Below, one piece after another: positions 28,749-36,403 of a DNA stretch of 36,403 bases. The notes under the pieces were generated by a model, which ran no database searches, was not told the origin of the DNA, and saw nothing but the letters and a program-made list of their open reading frames with translations. The stretch lies in contig DASQNW010000353.1 in the NCBI GenBank assembly GCA_035644775.1, positions 1 through 36,403 of the forward strand. The letters are read 5' to 3'. Each line of letters starts with the position of its first letter. Position 1 is the first letter of the stretch. The position numbers and the translations under genes were made by a program. This DNA is from Chitinophagaceae bacterium (lineage in GTDB: Bacteria > Bacteroidota > Bacteroidia > Chitinophagales > Chitinophagaceae).

Positions 28749-30081
28749 GGCTTTTATTGATCGTGACTCTAACGCTGTTGATTCTGCTTTTATTGGCCTC
28801 CAGCACGGTGAAGTCAAAGTCGCCCGCGGTTATAATAGAGTTCACCTTCGGAAATTCACCTGCGAGTTCTAACACCAGGCCGCCCAACGAGTCGCTTTCG
28901 CCCCGTACCTCATCGAAAGTGTCTACCGAAAGGTTTAAGGCTCTGCACATGTCGTGCAGAAGGATTTTTGCATCCACCACATAATTTCTGTCATCTATTT
29001 TTCGGACGCTGGTATCTTCTTCATCAAATTCATCCTTAATGTCACCAATGATTTCTTCAAGAATGTCTTCCATCGTAACAATTCCGCTTGTGCCTCCAAA
29101 CTCGTCTACGACCACTGCAAAATGAATTCTCTTGACTTTGAATTCTTCAAGCAGATCTTTTATCAGTTTCGACTCTGGTACAAAAAACGTGGGGCGAATT
29201 AACTCATGCCAGTCTAAATCCGGCTGATTAATGTAAGGCAACAGGTCTTTCGTGTTGAGTATTCCGGCTATATTGTCAAGACTTGTTTTATACACCGGGA
29301 ATCTTGAATAATGCAACTCTTCAACTTTTTTCAGCACATCACTCAGTGAGGTATTGTATTCTATCCCATTTACATCAAGGCGAAAGCGCATGATCTGCTT
29401 GACCGAGATATTACCAAACTTCACAATCCCTTTCAAGATATTCTTTTCTTCGTCGGAGGTTTCTTCGTTGTTAATTTCAATAGCTTCATCAAGCTCCCGC
29501 ATGCTCTTAGTTTGCATTTCATTCACACCACTATGTTCACTAATGTTATCTGCTATTGCAACCATACGTAGGCTTATTCTGCGAAGCAGAAGATGTATGC
29601 CCTCGATAACTGCTGACGTACTGTATGCAAAGCGAAGGTTGTTTTGAGTAGCCCAAACCTTTGGGAGAATTTTGGCCACAAGAACAATGATAAAAGCAAT
29701 GGTGATAATCTTTACAAGCAGATCAAGGTCTATAGGTATAAAGACGTTAATGGTGCCAATATGCAGCACCGGTGTCAGCAGAAAGTTGGTTAATATTATA
29801 ATGCTGATATTGAAGAAAGTGCCGGCAATCAATAACGATGTATAAACTGCTTTTCTCTCATCAAGTAAGGTGGTAATGCGCCTGGCGGCAGCATGCTGCT
29901 TTGTTTTCAGCATGTTCACGTCTTTGCTTTGCAGGGAGAACAGGGCTACTTCTGCACCCGAGGTAATAAAGCTTAGTAGAAGTAAAACCAACAATAGCAC
30001 AATGTTCAAAACCATGCTTTGTGGCGTTGTAAATAATAGGTGGTTTATCTGCAGAAAATCACTGGCCGAATGATAGTCCAA
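28732..30081 (-). CDS. gldE: GldE (CNNM/DUF21-CBS-CorC domain protein)
   Basis: SGAEVALFSL, ILPK, YSRFPVY, VVDEFGGTSGIVTMEDILEEIIGDI motifs, located between ssb and gldD. TTG start. Confidence 0.9.
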   Translation of the reverse strand: MDYHSASDFLQINHLLFTTPQSMVLNIVLLLVLLLLSFITSGAEVALFSLQSKDVNMLKTKQHAAARRITTLLDERKAVYTSLLIAGTFFNISIIILTNFLLTPVLHIGTINVFIPIDLDLLVKIITIAFIIVLVAKILPKVWATQNNLRFAYSTSAVIEGIHLLLRRISLRMVAIADNISEHSGVNEMQTKSMRELDEAIEINNEETSDEEKNILKGIVKFGNISVKQIMRFRLDVNGIEYNTSLSDVLKKVEELHYSRFPVYKTSLDNIAGILNTKDLLPYINQPDLDWHELIRPTFFVPESKLIKDLLEEFKVKRIHFAVVVDEFGGTSGIVTMEDILEEIIGDIKDEFDEEDTSVRKIDDRNYVVDAKILLHDMCRALNLSVDTFDEVRGESDSLGGLVLELAGEFPKVNSIITAGDFDFTVLEANKSRINSVRVTINKSHDKDD

Positions 30082-30166
30082 AATGCGTGTTTTCGTGAAA
30101 ACTAATAATTATAAAGGCAGGTCGTACGGCCTGCCTGTGTGCAAATTTATTGTTTTCTTACTCTTG

Positions 30167-30604
30167 TTAAAATGGAATATCCGGTGATGGTTCATTCAGC
30201 GGAGCATCTGAGCTGCTGATCCCTTCAATGCCTGGCTCGGTGTGTAAGGAGGAGCTGCTATTTGAGCCATCTGAACGTTTGTCGAGCATGATCAGATTGT
30301 CGCCAACTACTTCTGTAGCAAATTTTCTTGTACCCTCTTTGTCTTCCCAGCTTCGGGTTCTTAGTCTTCCTTCAATATACACCAAACTGCCTTTGTGAAG
30401 GTATTTCTGAGCGAGCTCAGCTAAGCCGCGCCACAAAACTACTGTGTGCCATTCGGTCTGAGAAACCAGTTTCCCTGACCTGTCCTTGAATGTTTCTGTT
30501 GTTGCCAATGGAAATTTAGCTACCGCAATGTTCCCTTCTAAAAACTGTACATCCGGATCTTTACCAAGATTTCCGATAAGCATCACACGATTAACTCCTC
30601 TCAT
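30167..30604 (-). CDS. ssb: Single-stranded DNA-binding protein
   Basis: VNRVMLIGNLGKDP, TEWH, EGRLRTRSW and a C-terminal DIPF tip. Confidence 0.97.
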   Translation of the reverse strand: MRGVNRVMLIGNLGKDPDVQFLEGNIAVAKFPLATTETFKDRSGKLVSQTEWHTVVLWRGLAELAQKYLHKGSLVYIEGRLRTRSWEDKEGTRKFATEVVGDNLIMLDKRSDGSNSSSSLHTEPGIEGISSSDAPLNEPSPDIPF

Positions 30605-30692
30605 AAAAATCAATTTCGTTTAATTGTGCCTTCAACCTGGTCTTCTGTTAGACAATCAAATTGTTTGCCAGCAATAAGTTAGACAAAATCTG

Positions 30693-31778
30693 TCAAAAAT
30701 GCTGTTGCACGTAGGTTTGAAGGCCTTTTGGCAAGGGATAAAGTTTCAACTCTGAAGCTGTGATCCATAAATAATCACCAGCTACTGTTGTGGTGTGCAA
30801 TGCCGCTTTGATGAACTGGAAATGTATTAATTGGTGGGATAGCCTTTGCTTTGAAAGCACAGATGTTTGCAGCTGCTGCAGGCTGCTTTCAGCAAGCTTT
30901 TGGAGTTTCATGAACTTATGAAGCACTACTGTTGAAGACATGTGCTTTGTGGTTTCTACAAGAGGAAAATGAAAGAGGTTCTGCCAGATATCTTCACCGG
31001 TCCTTTGTTGCAATGCGAACCTCTCTTGGTGTTGCAACACAATGTAGTTGAAGTAACGATCCCTTACCAAGGTCTTTTTCTGCTTAACCGGGAGGTTAGG
31101 CGCTGTGCCATTCAGAAAAGCCTGGCAGTGTTTCTGGAAAAAACAATCCGTGCAACATGGCATTGGTCTGCAGATGATAGCTCCAAAATCCATGATGGCT
31201 TGATTGAATTCTGCAGCCCTTTTTCTCGGGAGAAGTTGTTGTGCTATGTCTGAAAACCTTTTCTTTCCGGTGGTGGCATCAATCGGCTCGTGAAGATCAA
31301 AAATTCGCGACAGCACCCGCAGCACATTGCCATCTACAACCGCATGGGGCTCATCGTAAGCAAAGGAAGCTATTGCTGCAGCTGTGTAATCACCAATTCC
31401 TTTTAGCTGACGTATTGTTTCATGGCGGACGGGGAAAATACCTTCATGGAGGTTGCATATTTCTTTGGCGGTTAAAATCAAATTCTTGCACCTTGAATAG
31501 TAACCCAGGCCCTCCCACAGCTTAAAAACTTCTTGTTCCGGTGCACGGGCAAGGGCAGCAATTGTTGGATAAGTTTCAATAAATCGCAAGTAGTACTTCA
31601 GCCCTTGCTCCACCCTGGTTTGTTGAAGTATAATTTCGCTGAGCCAGATTTTATAAGGATCTTTTTCTCCTTTCCAGGGCATTTCCCGCTTATTGATGTG
31701 CTTGTTCCATTGCAGTAAACCGGTGGTAAATAGTGAAGCAAATTTTCTGTTTAGGCGTTCTGATACTGCGTGGCTCAT
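30693..31778 (-). CDS. mutY: A/G-specific adenine glycosylase
   Basis: WLSEIILQQT, WEGLGYYSR, GIGDYTA, VDGNVLRVLSR and a Cys cluster. Start set at ATG 31778 (uncertain). Confidence 0.95.
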   Translation of the reverse strand: MSHAVSERLNRKFASLFTTGLLQWNKHINKREMPWKGEKDPYKIWLSEIILQQTRVEQGLKYYLRFIETYPTIAALARAPEQEVFKLWEGLGYYSRCKNLILTAKEICNLHEGIFPVRHETIRQLKGIGDYTAAAIASFAYDEPHAVVDGNVLRVLSRIFDLHEPIDATTGKKRFSDIAQQLLPRKRAAEFNQAIMDFGAIICRPMPCCTDCFFQKHCQAFLNGTAPNLPVKQKKTLVRDRYFNYIVLQHQERFALQQRTGEDIWQNLFHFPLVETTKHMSSTVVLHKFMKLQKLAESSLQQLQTSVLSKQRLSHQLIHFQFIKAALHTTTVAGDYLWITASELKLYPLPKGLQTYVQQHF

Positions 31779-31877
31779 CCTCTTCAAAAAAACAAATATT
31801 TCAGCAAACTTGGCGTATAGTATTGACAATCACTATAATTAGTGCTATATTGTTTTCTATATCTATAAACCCTTGCT

Positions 31878-32168
31878 ATGAGAAAAGCTGATTTAGTCAA
31901 CCAGATATCCGAAAAAACGGGTATTCCCAAGGTGGATGTTTTGGTTACTTTGGAAAATATGTTCAAAGAAATCAAGTTGTCGCTGTCAAAGGGCGAGAAT
32001 ATCTATATCCGCGGCTTCGGAAGTTTCATCACAAAGAAGCGTGCTGCTAAAATTGGAAGAAATATCAAGAAGAACGTAGCAGTGCATATTCCCGAACATT
32101 TCATTCCCGCCTTCAAGCCTGCTAAAGAATTTGTTTCCGAAATCAAGAAAATGAGCTCTGTAGAGTAA
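31878..32168 (+). CDS. HU/IHF-family DNA-binding protein
   Basis: MRKADLV, IRGFGSF, GRN and PAFKPAK motifs. Confidence 0.95.
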   Translation: MRKADLVNQISEKTGIPKVDVLVTLENMFKEIKLSLSKGENIYIRGFGSFITKKRAAKIGRNIKKNVAVHIPEHFIPAFKPAKEFVSEIKKMSSVE

Positions 32169-32194
32169 CTTGCGTGCTCTACAAGCTTGTGTAA

Positions 32195-33040
32195 ATGAAG
32201 AAACAGCAGTGGATTACTGCCGGTATTGCGTTCGTCATGGTTGTGTGTTTGTATGCAGCTACCACTAGCCAGATATTTGGTACCCACTTGAAAAAACCTC
32301 CGGTTGAAGCTGCTGGTCCAAATACTGTTTCCGCTGATTCGATTATTGCACATGCGAAGGAAAACCTGACACCAGAGCAAAAAAGCCGGATAGAGTTTCT
32401 GGAGGCGAGTATATCGAGAGGAGATGTCAAATCCCAGAAGATTCATCTTTATCACCAGCTATCAAGGTTTTGGTCTGACACCGGCCGCATTTTCGAACCT
32501 TACGCCTGGTATATGGCAGAAGCCGCCCGGTTGGAAAATTCAGAAAATTCCCTCACCTTTGCTGCCCATTTGTTTTTAAACAATCTGCGGGCTGAAGAGA
32601 ATCCGGCCATTAAAGAGTGGAAAGCTTTGCAGTCTAAGGATTTGTTTGAACGGTCTTTAAAAGTAAATCCCGCCAATGATTCAAGCCAGATAGGCTTGGG
32701 AGCGGTATTCTTGTATGGAGGCATAGGATCTCCAATGGAAGGGATACAAAAAATAAGGACTGTTGCCGACCTGCATCCAGATAATGTTTATGCTCAGCTC
32801 ACTTTGGGCCACGCATCAGTATTATCAGGGCAATTAGACAAAGCTGTCGAGCGTTTTGAACAGGTGGTAAAGGTGCAGCCCTCTAATTTAGAAGCGCTTT
32901 TATCCCTGGCCGAAGTTTATGAGCGCAAGGGCGATAAAGCATCCGCAATAAAATGGTACGGACAAAGTCTGCCTCATGTTCGTATTGAAGGATTGAAAGA
33001 CGAAGTAGAGAATAGAATAGCTGCCTTAAAGAAAAAATAA
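32195..33040 (+). CDS. Membrane-anchored TPR protein
   Basis: N-terminal hydrophobic segment and C-terminal TPR-like repeats (AQLTLG...AVERFE...P; ALLSLAEVY...AIKWY). Confidence 0.85.
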   Translation: MKKQQWITAGIAFVMVVCLYAATTSQIFGTHLKKPPVEAAGPNTVSADSIIAHAKENLTPEQKSRIEFLEASISRGDVKSQKIHLYHQLSRFWSDTGRIFEPYAWYMAEAARLENSENSLTFAAHLFLNNLRAEENPAIKEWKALQSKDLFERSLKVNPANDSSQIGLGAVFLYGGIGSPMEGIQKIRTVADLHPDNVYAQLTLGHASVLSGQLDKAVERFEQVVKVQPSNLEALLSLAEVYERKGDKASAIKWYGQSLPHVRIEGLKDEVENRIAALKKK

Positions 33041-33065
33041 AGTATAACTTAAAATATTAGTTAAT

Positions 33066-33158
33066 ATGCCTTGTGGTAAAAAAAGAAAGCGTCATAAAAT
33101 TGCGACGCATAAGCGCAAAAAAAGATTGAGAAAGAACCGACACAAGAAAAGAAAGTAG
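33066..33158 (+). CDS. 30-aa basic protein, bS22 (AURKAIP1/COX24-like) small ribosomal protein
   Basis: Hand translation MPCGKKRKRHKIATHKRKKRLRKNRHKKRK*, matching the Bacteroidota MPSGKKRKRHKxATHKRKKR pattern. Missed by the ORF track. Confidence 0.88.
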   Translation: MPCGKKRKRHKIATHKRKKRLRKNRHKKRK

Positions 33159-33327
33159 GTGCTTTCATGCTCGGGACCTAATTGTCCCGGATCTTTATTT
33201 GTTGATTCCAGCTTACCGTTTGCACCCCCGCCTATCAATTGCCGCAAAATCCATCCATTGCTACTGCAGCAGCACGGTATAATACAGGTAATCAGCACCA
33301 CAGGCAGTTTCATAAAGCTGTAGGAAT

Positions 33328-34878
33328 GTGAACAAAGAACTTATTATTAATGCAGTACCGCAAGGTGTGGATATTGCACTTTTAGAAAACAGGAAACTTG
33401 TAGAATTACACAGCGAGAAAAACGACGCTCGTTTCGCCGTGGGCGATTTGTACCTGGGCAAAGTAAAGAAATTGATCCCTGGCCTCAATGCAGCCTTCGT
33501 GGATGTAGGCTATGAAAAGGACGCATTCCTGCACTACACCGATCTCAGCCCCTACGCCAAGTCCCTATTGAAATTTACGCAACAGTCCATTAATGATAAA
33601 ACTCCCGAAGGATTTGATTACGGCAAATTTGAAGTAGAGCCAGAGATTATAAAAACCGGAAAGATCAGTGAAGTATTGAACGGTAAACCCAATATTCTGG
33701 TGCAGATATTAAAGGAGCCCATTGCTGCAAAAGGACCAAGGCTAAGCTGCGAAATATCATTGCCCGGCAGATTTGTTGTCCTGACGCCGTTTAATGACAT
33801 TGTTGCTGTCTCTCGCAAGATCCATTCTTCGGAAGAAAGAAAACGGCTGCAGCGAATAATTGAATCAATCAAGTCAAAAAACTTTGGTGTCATTGTTAGA
33901 ACAGCAGCCGAAGGAAAGAACACTGCTGAACTGCACGAAGACCTTTCTGAACTCGTAGCAACATGGAAGACCATCCAAAATAACCTCAAAGGAGCCGTTG
34001 CGCCTGCAAAAATCCTGAGTGAGCAAACCAAAACGACCAGCATTCTACGTGACTTGCTCAATGAAGATTTCAACAGGATTGTCACTAATGACAAGGGCAT
34101 CTTTACCGATGCTAAAAGCTACATACAGCGAATAGCACCTAATAAAGCGGACATTATCTCATTTCATCAAAACGGCACGCCTATTTTTGATCAATATGGG
34201 ATTACAAAGCAGGTGAAAGCTGCCTTTGGAAAAACTGTAAACCTGAATAGCGGTGCATACCTTATTATAGAACATACGGAGGCGTTGCACGTGATAGACG
34301 TAAACAGCGGTTACAAAAGCGTCAGTAATAACCAGGAGCAGAATGCACTTGAAACCAATCTGGAGGCTGCTGACGAGATAGCGCGGCAGCTGCGCCTTAG
34401 GGACATCGGCGGCATCATCGTGGTAGATTATATTGACATGAAACTTCCGGATAACAAGAAAAAATTGATGGAAGCGATGGAAGATTTCATGAAAACAGAC
34501 CGGGCCAAACACGCAGTGTTACCCATATCGAAGTTCGGTTTGATGCAAATCACCAGGCAACGTATGAAGCCTGAGATGAACATCAATACACAGGAAGTTT
34601 GTCCCAGCTGCCATGGCAGTGGTAAAATATCCTCTACACTGATCCTTGAGGATGAAATTGAAAAGAACCTAAATTACCTGATCACCCATAAACATAGAAA
34701 TCTAACTATTGCTGTTCACCCGATAGTGTTTGCCTACTTAACAAAAGGCTGGTTGTGGTCTAAAGTATCAAAATGGAAAAGGAAGTTCCGGCAAACCATC
34801 GAACTAAAGCAAGACTCAAATTACTACCTCACCGAGTTTAAATTCTTTGATCAGGACGGAGAAGAAATTAAGCTATAA
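33328..34878 (+). CDS. rng: Ribonuclease E/G family
   Basis: S1 domain PGLNAAFVD, KGPRL, IDVNSG, RQLRLRDIGGIIVVD and CPSCHGSG motifs. GTG start. Confidence 0.95.
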   Translation: MNKELIINAVPQGVDIALLENRKLVELHSEKNDARFAVGDLYLGKVKKLIPGLNAAFVDVGYEKDAFLHYTDLSPYAKSLLKFTQQSINDKTPEGFDYGKFEVEPEIIKTGKISEVLNGKPNILVQILKEPIAAKGPRLSCEISLPGRFVVLTPFNDIVAVSRKIHSSEERKRLQRIIESIKSKNFGVIVRTAAEGKNTAELHEDLSELVATWKTIQNNLKGAVAPAKILSEQTKTTSILRDLLNEDFNRIVTNDKGIFTDAKSYIQRIAPNKADIISFHQNGTPIFDQYGITKQVKAAFGKTVNLNSGAYLIIEHTEALHVIDVNSGYKSVSNNQEQNALETNLEAADEIARQLRLRDIGGIIVVDYIDMKLPDNKKKLMEAMEDFMKTDRAKHAVLPISKFGLMQITRQRMKPEMNINTQEVCPSCHGSGKISSTLILEDEIEKNLNYLITHKHRNLTIAVHPIVFAYLTKGWLWSKVSKWKRKFRQTIELKQDSNYYLTEFKFFDQDGEEIKL

Positions 34879-34879
34879 G

Positions 34880-34905
34880 AAAACCCTGCTCTCGGCAGGG
34901 TTTTT
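34880..34905. terminator. Bidirectional terminator between rng and the convergent protease gene
   Basis: AAAACCCTGC-TCTCG-GCAGGGTTTTT. Confidence 0.85.
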
Positions 34906-34923
34906 CTTTGAAAAATTCAATGT

Positions 34924-35616
34924 TTAACTCCTGTCTCTGCCGCCCATATAAATCGCTATGTACTGAAGCAGGGTAACTACTGCCGCTAAAGCAGCTACCA
35001 CGTAGGTCATTGCAGCCCAGGTAAGAGCATTTTTAGCCTTCGGATATTCTGCGCTTGTAGTGACATTGGTCTGTTGTAACCATGCCAGAGCTCTTCGGCT
35101 GGCATCAAATTCAACAGGTAACGTGATGAGTGAAAACAACACGGACAAAGCAAATAATGCAATACCTACCAAAAGCAAGGTACTGTTACCGCTGCTCGCC
35201 ATCATCACTCCAATTAACAACACCCAGTTTACCATCGACGAGCTAAACTGCACCAGAGGCACCAATCTGCTTCGGAGCATGATCCAGCTATAGGCTGTGG
35301 CATGCTGAATAGCGTGGCCGGTTTCATGAGCTGCTACTGCTGCCGCTGCCACACTGTAGTTATTATAAACCTCGGGGCTGAGGTTAATAGTTTTATTCAT
35401 GGGGTTGTAGTGGTCTGTGAGAAAACCCTGAACGGAAACCACTTTTACATCATAAAGACCATTCTCCTGTAGCATCTTTTCTGCTACTTGCCGGCCTGTG
35501 AGCCTTGCGGTCAGAGGGATTTTGCTGTATTGAGCAAAACGTCGCTTCATGATCATTGAAACGACCATGCTGATCCCGATGAAGATCAGCGATACTATTA
35601 AAATCGATGGTGTCAT
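34924..35616 (-). CDS. YugP-family membrane zinc metallopeptidase
   Basis: LTDHYNP, AAHETGHAIQH, TLPVEFDASRRA and AAMTYV motifs. Confidence 0.92.
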   Translation of the reverse strand: MTPSILIVSLIFIGISMVVSMIMKRRFAQYSKIPLTARLTGRQVAEKMLQENGLYDVKVVSVQGFLTDHYNPMNKTINLSPEVYNNYSVAAAAVAAHETGHAIQHATAYSWIMLRSRLVPLVQFSSSMVNWVLLIGVMMASSGNSTLLLVGIALFALSVLFSLITLPVEFDASRRALAWLQQTNVTTSAEYPKAKNALTWAAMTYVVAALAAVVTLLQYIAIYMGGRDRS

Positions 35617-35940
35617 GTTCTATTTGTTTTGATTTTCAACATCAAATCTATATCCAATTCAAATAAGCTGGTACCAAATAAAGGGATTTAACAGATGTCC
35701 TTACCTTTTGTCAGGAGACATGTAGATAAATTTTAATGACTGACAGTTTTTCACGAGGACGGCTGCTGTTCCAAATTTTTTGCTCCCGCACACGATGTTG
35801 ATTTTGAGATGGTTATCGTTAGTTCCGTAGTGGAATATCCTCCTAAGAGGCGGGCTAAAGTTATTCACAAGAACAAAAATTAATTTTGTAATCTGAGGCA
35901 GATTTGTAATTTAGTGGTAGAATTTAATGGGTTAGTAAGT

Positions 35941-35971
35941 AAGGGGGCCGGTCGCAAGACTGGCCCTTTTT
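35941..35971 (+). terminator. GC-rich GNRA-capped hairpin with T-run upstream of radA
   Basis: AAGGGGGCCGGTC-GCAA-GACTGGCCCTTTTT. Confidence 0.7.
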
Positions 35972-36043
35972 AGTTGCTTACATTCGATTGTCGCACCTTT
36001 CTTGTTCGCATCGCGAACGCCTAATGTTTCTTCGATTTAAGAG

Positions 36044-36403
36044 ATGTCAAAAATCAAAACAAGCTTCTTCTGTCAGAACTGTGGATACGAAAGTGCTAAA
36101 TGGTTGGGCAAATGTCCTGGCTGCCAGCAATGGAATTCCTTCGTTGAAGAACTCGTGCAAAAAGATACAAAACTTCAGTCGCAGCGATGGAAAGATCATT
36201 CATCAGATAAAGCACCGAAGAAAATCCAGTCATTAGATCATGTAAAATCAGATGAACATCCACGCATAGTCACCACGGACCAGGAGTTGAATAGAGTACT
36301 AGGAGGTGGAATCGTTGCAGGCAGCATTGTGTTAGTGGCAGGCAAACCCGGCATTGGTAAATCAACGCTATTTCTTCAAATGGGTTTACATCTTCAAGAG
36401 GTG
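36044..36403 (+). CDS. radA: DNA repair protein RadA/Sms, N-terminal part, truncated by the window edge
   Basis: Not in the ORF track. Hand translation MSKIKTSFFCQNCGYESAKWLGKCPGCQQWNSFVEE...ELNRVLGGGIV...GKPGIGKSTL shows the Zn finger and Walker A motif. Confidence 0.95.
   Translation, partial: MSKIKTSFFCQNCGYESAKWLGKCPGCQQWNSFVEELVQKDTKLQSQRWKDHSSDKAPKKIQSLDHVKSDEHPRIVTTDQELNRVLGGGIVAGSIVLVAGKPGIGKSTLFLQMGLHLQEV

Noticed and set aside
31120-31175. MutY Fe-S motif with CX5C instead of CX6C spacing
   Set aside because: All four Cys ligands are present, so this is minor loop-length variation.
31823-31839. TTGACA and TATAAT hexamers upstream of the HU gene
   Set aside because: They are only 5 nt apart, and Bacteroidota use -33/-7 promoters.
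32003-34512. Minus-strand ORFs 32003-32455, 33618-34100 and 34159-34512
   Set aside because: Antisense to well-supported HU, TPR and rng genes.
35988-36236. 82-aa + strand ORF in the track
   Set aside because: Out-of-frame overlap with the real radA frame that starts at 36044.
36341-36367. RadA Walker A reads GKPGIGKST rather than the usual G(E/D)PGIGKST
   Set aside because: A single-base difference at a variable P-loop position near the window end; it could be a read error or a neutral change.
1-36403. CRISPR arrays, IS elements, integrases, prophage or defence genes
   Set aside because: No periodic repeats, transposase or integrase motifs, or obvious compositional islands were seen by eye.

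Overview
Core-chromosome segment of a Bacteroidota bacterium, probably Chitinophagaceae (inferred from gene content, TAnnTTTG-type promoters and the gldD/gldE cluster). It holds about 31 housekeeping CDSs: a glycosyltransferase (partial), a YpfJ-like metallopeptidase, a MarR regulator with an acyl-CoA dehydrogenase, a GT2, a DppC-like permease, an AsnC regulator, OPT and POT peptide transporters, purD, the mreBCD-mrdA-rodA operon plus an MBL hydrolase, comEC, purH, EamA, lutB, DUF3109, gldD-gldE-ssb-mutY, HU, a TPR protein, RNase E/G, a YugP-like protease and radA (partial). Two short genes are missing from the ORF track: a 45-aa lipoprotein at 670-807 and a bS22-like ribosomal protein at 33066-33158. 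I saw no mobile element, prophage or CRISPR array. The standout feature is a 160-nt tRNA-like RNA (8135-8294) with its own promoter and terminator, divergent from asnC in the position where E. coli has asnA. It combines an Asp anticodon (GTC), a U1-A72/G73 acceptor end, a Leu-type D-arm, a non-canonical U37 and an 88-nt structured variable arm. Two further orphan promoter-to-terminator units are candidate sRNAs: one between mreB and comEC, and one upstream of radA.
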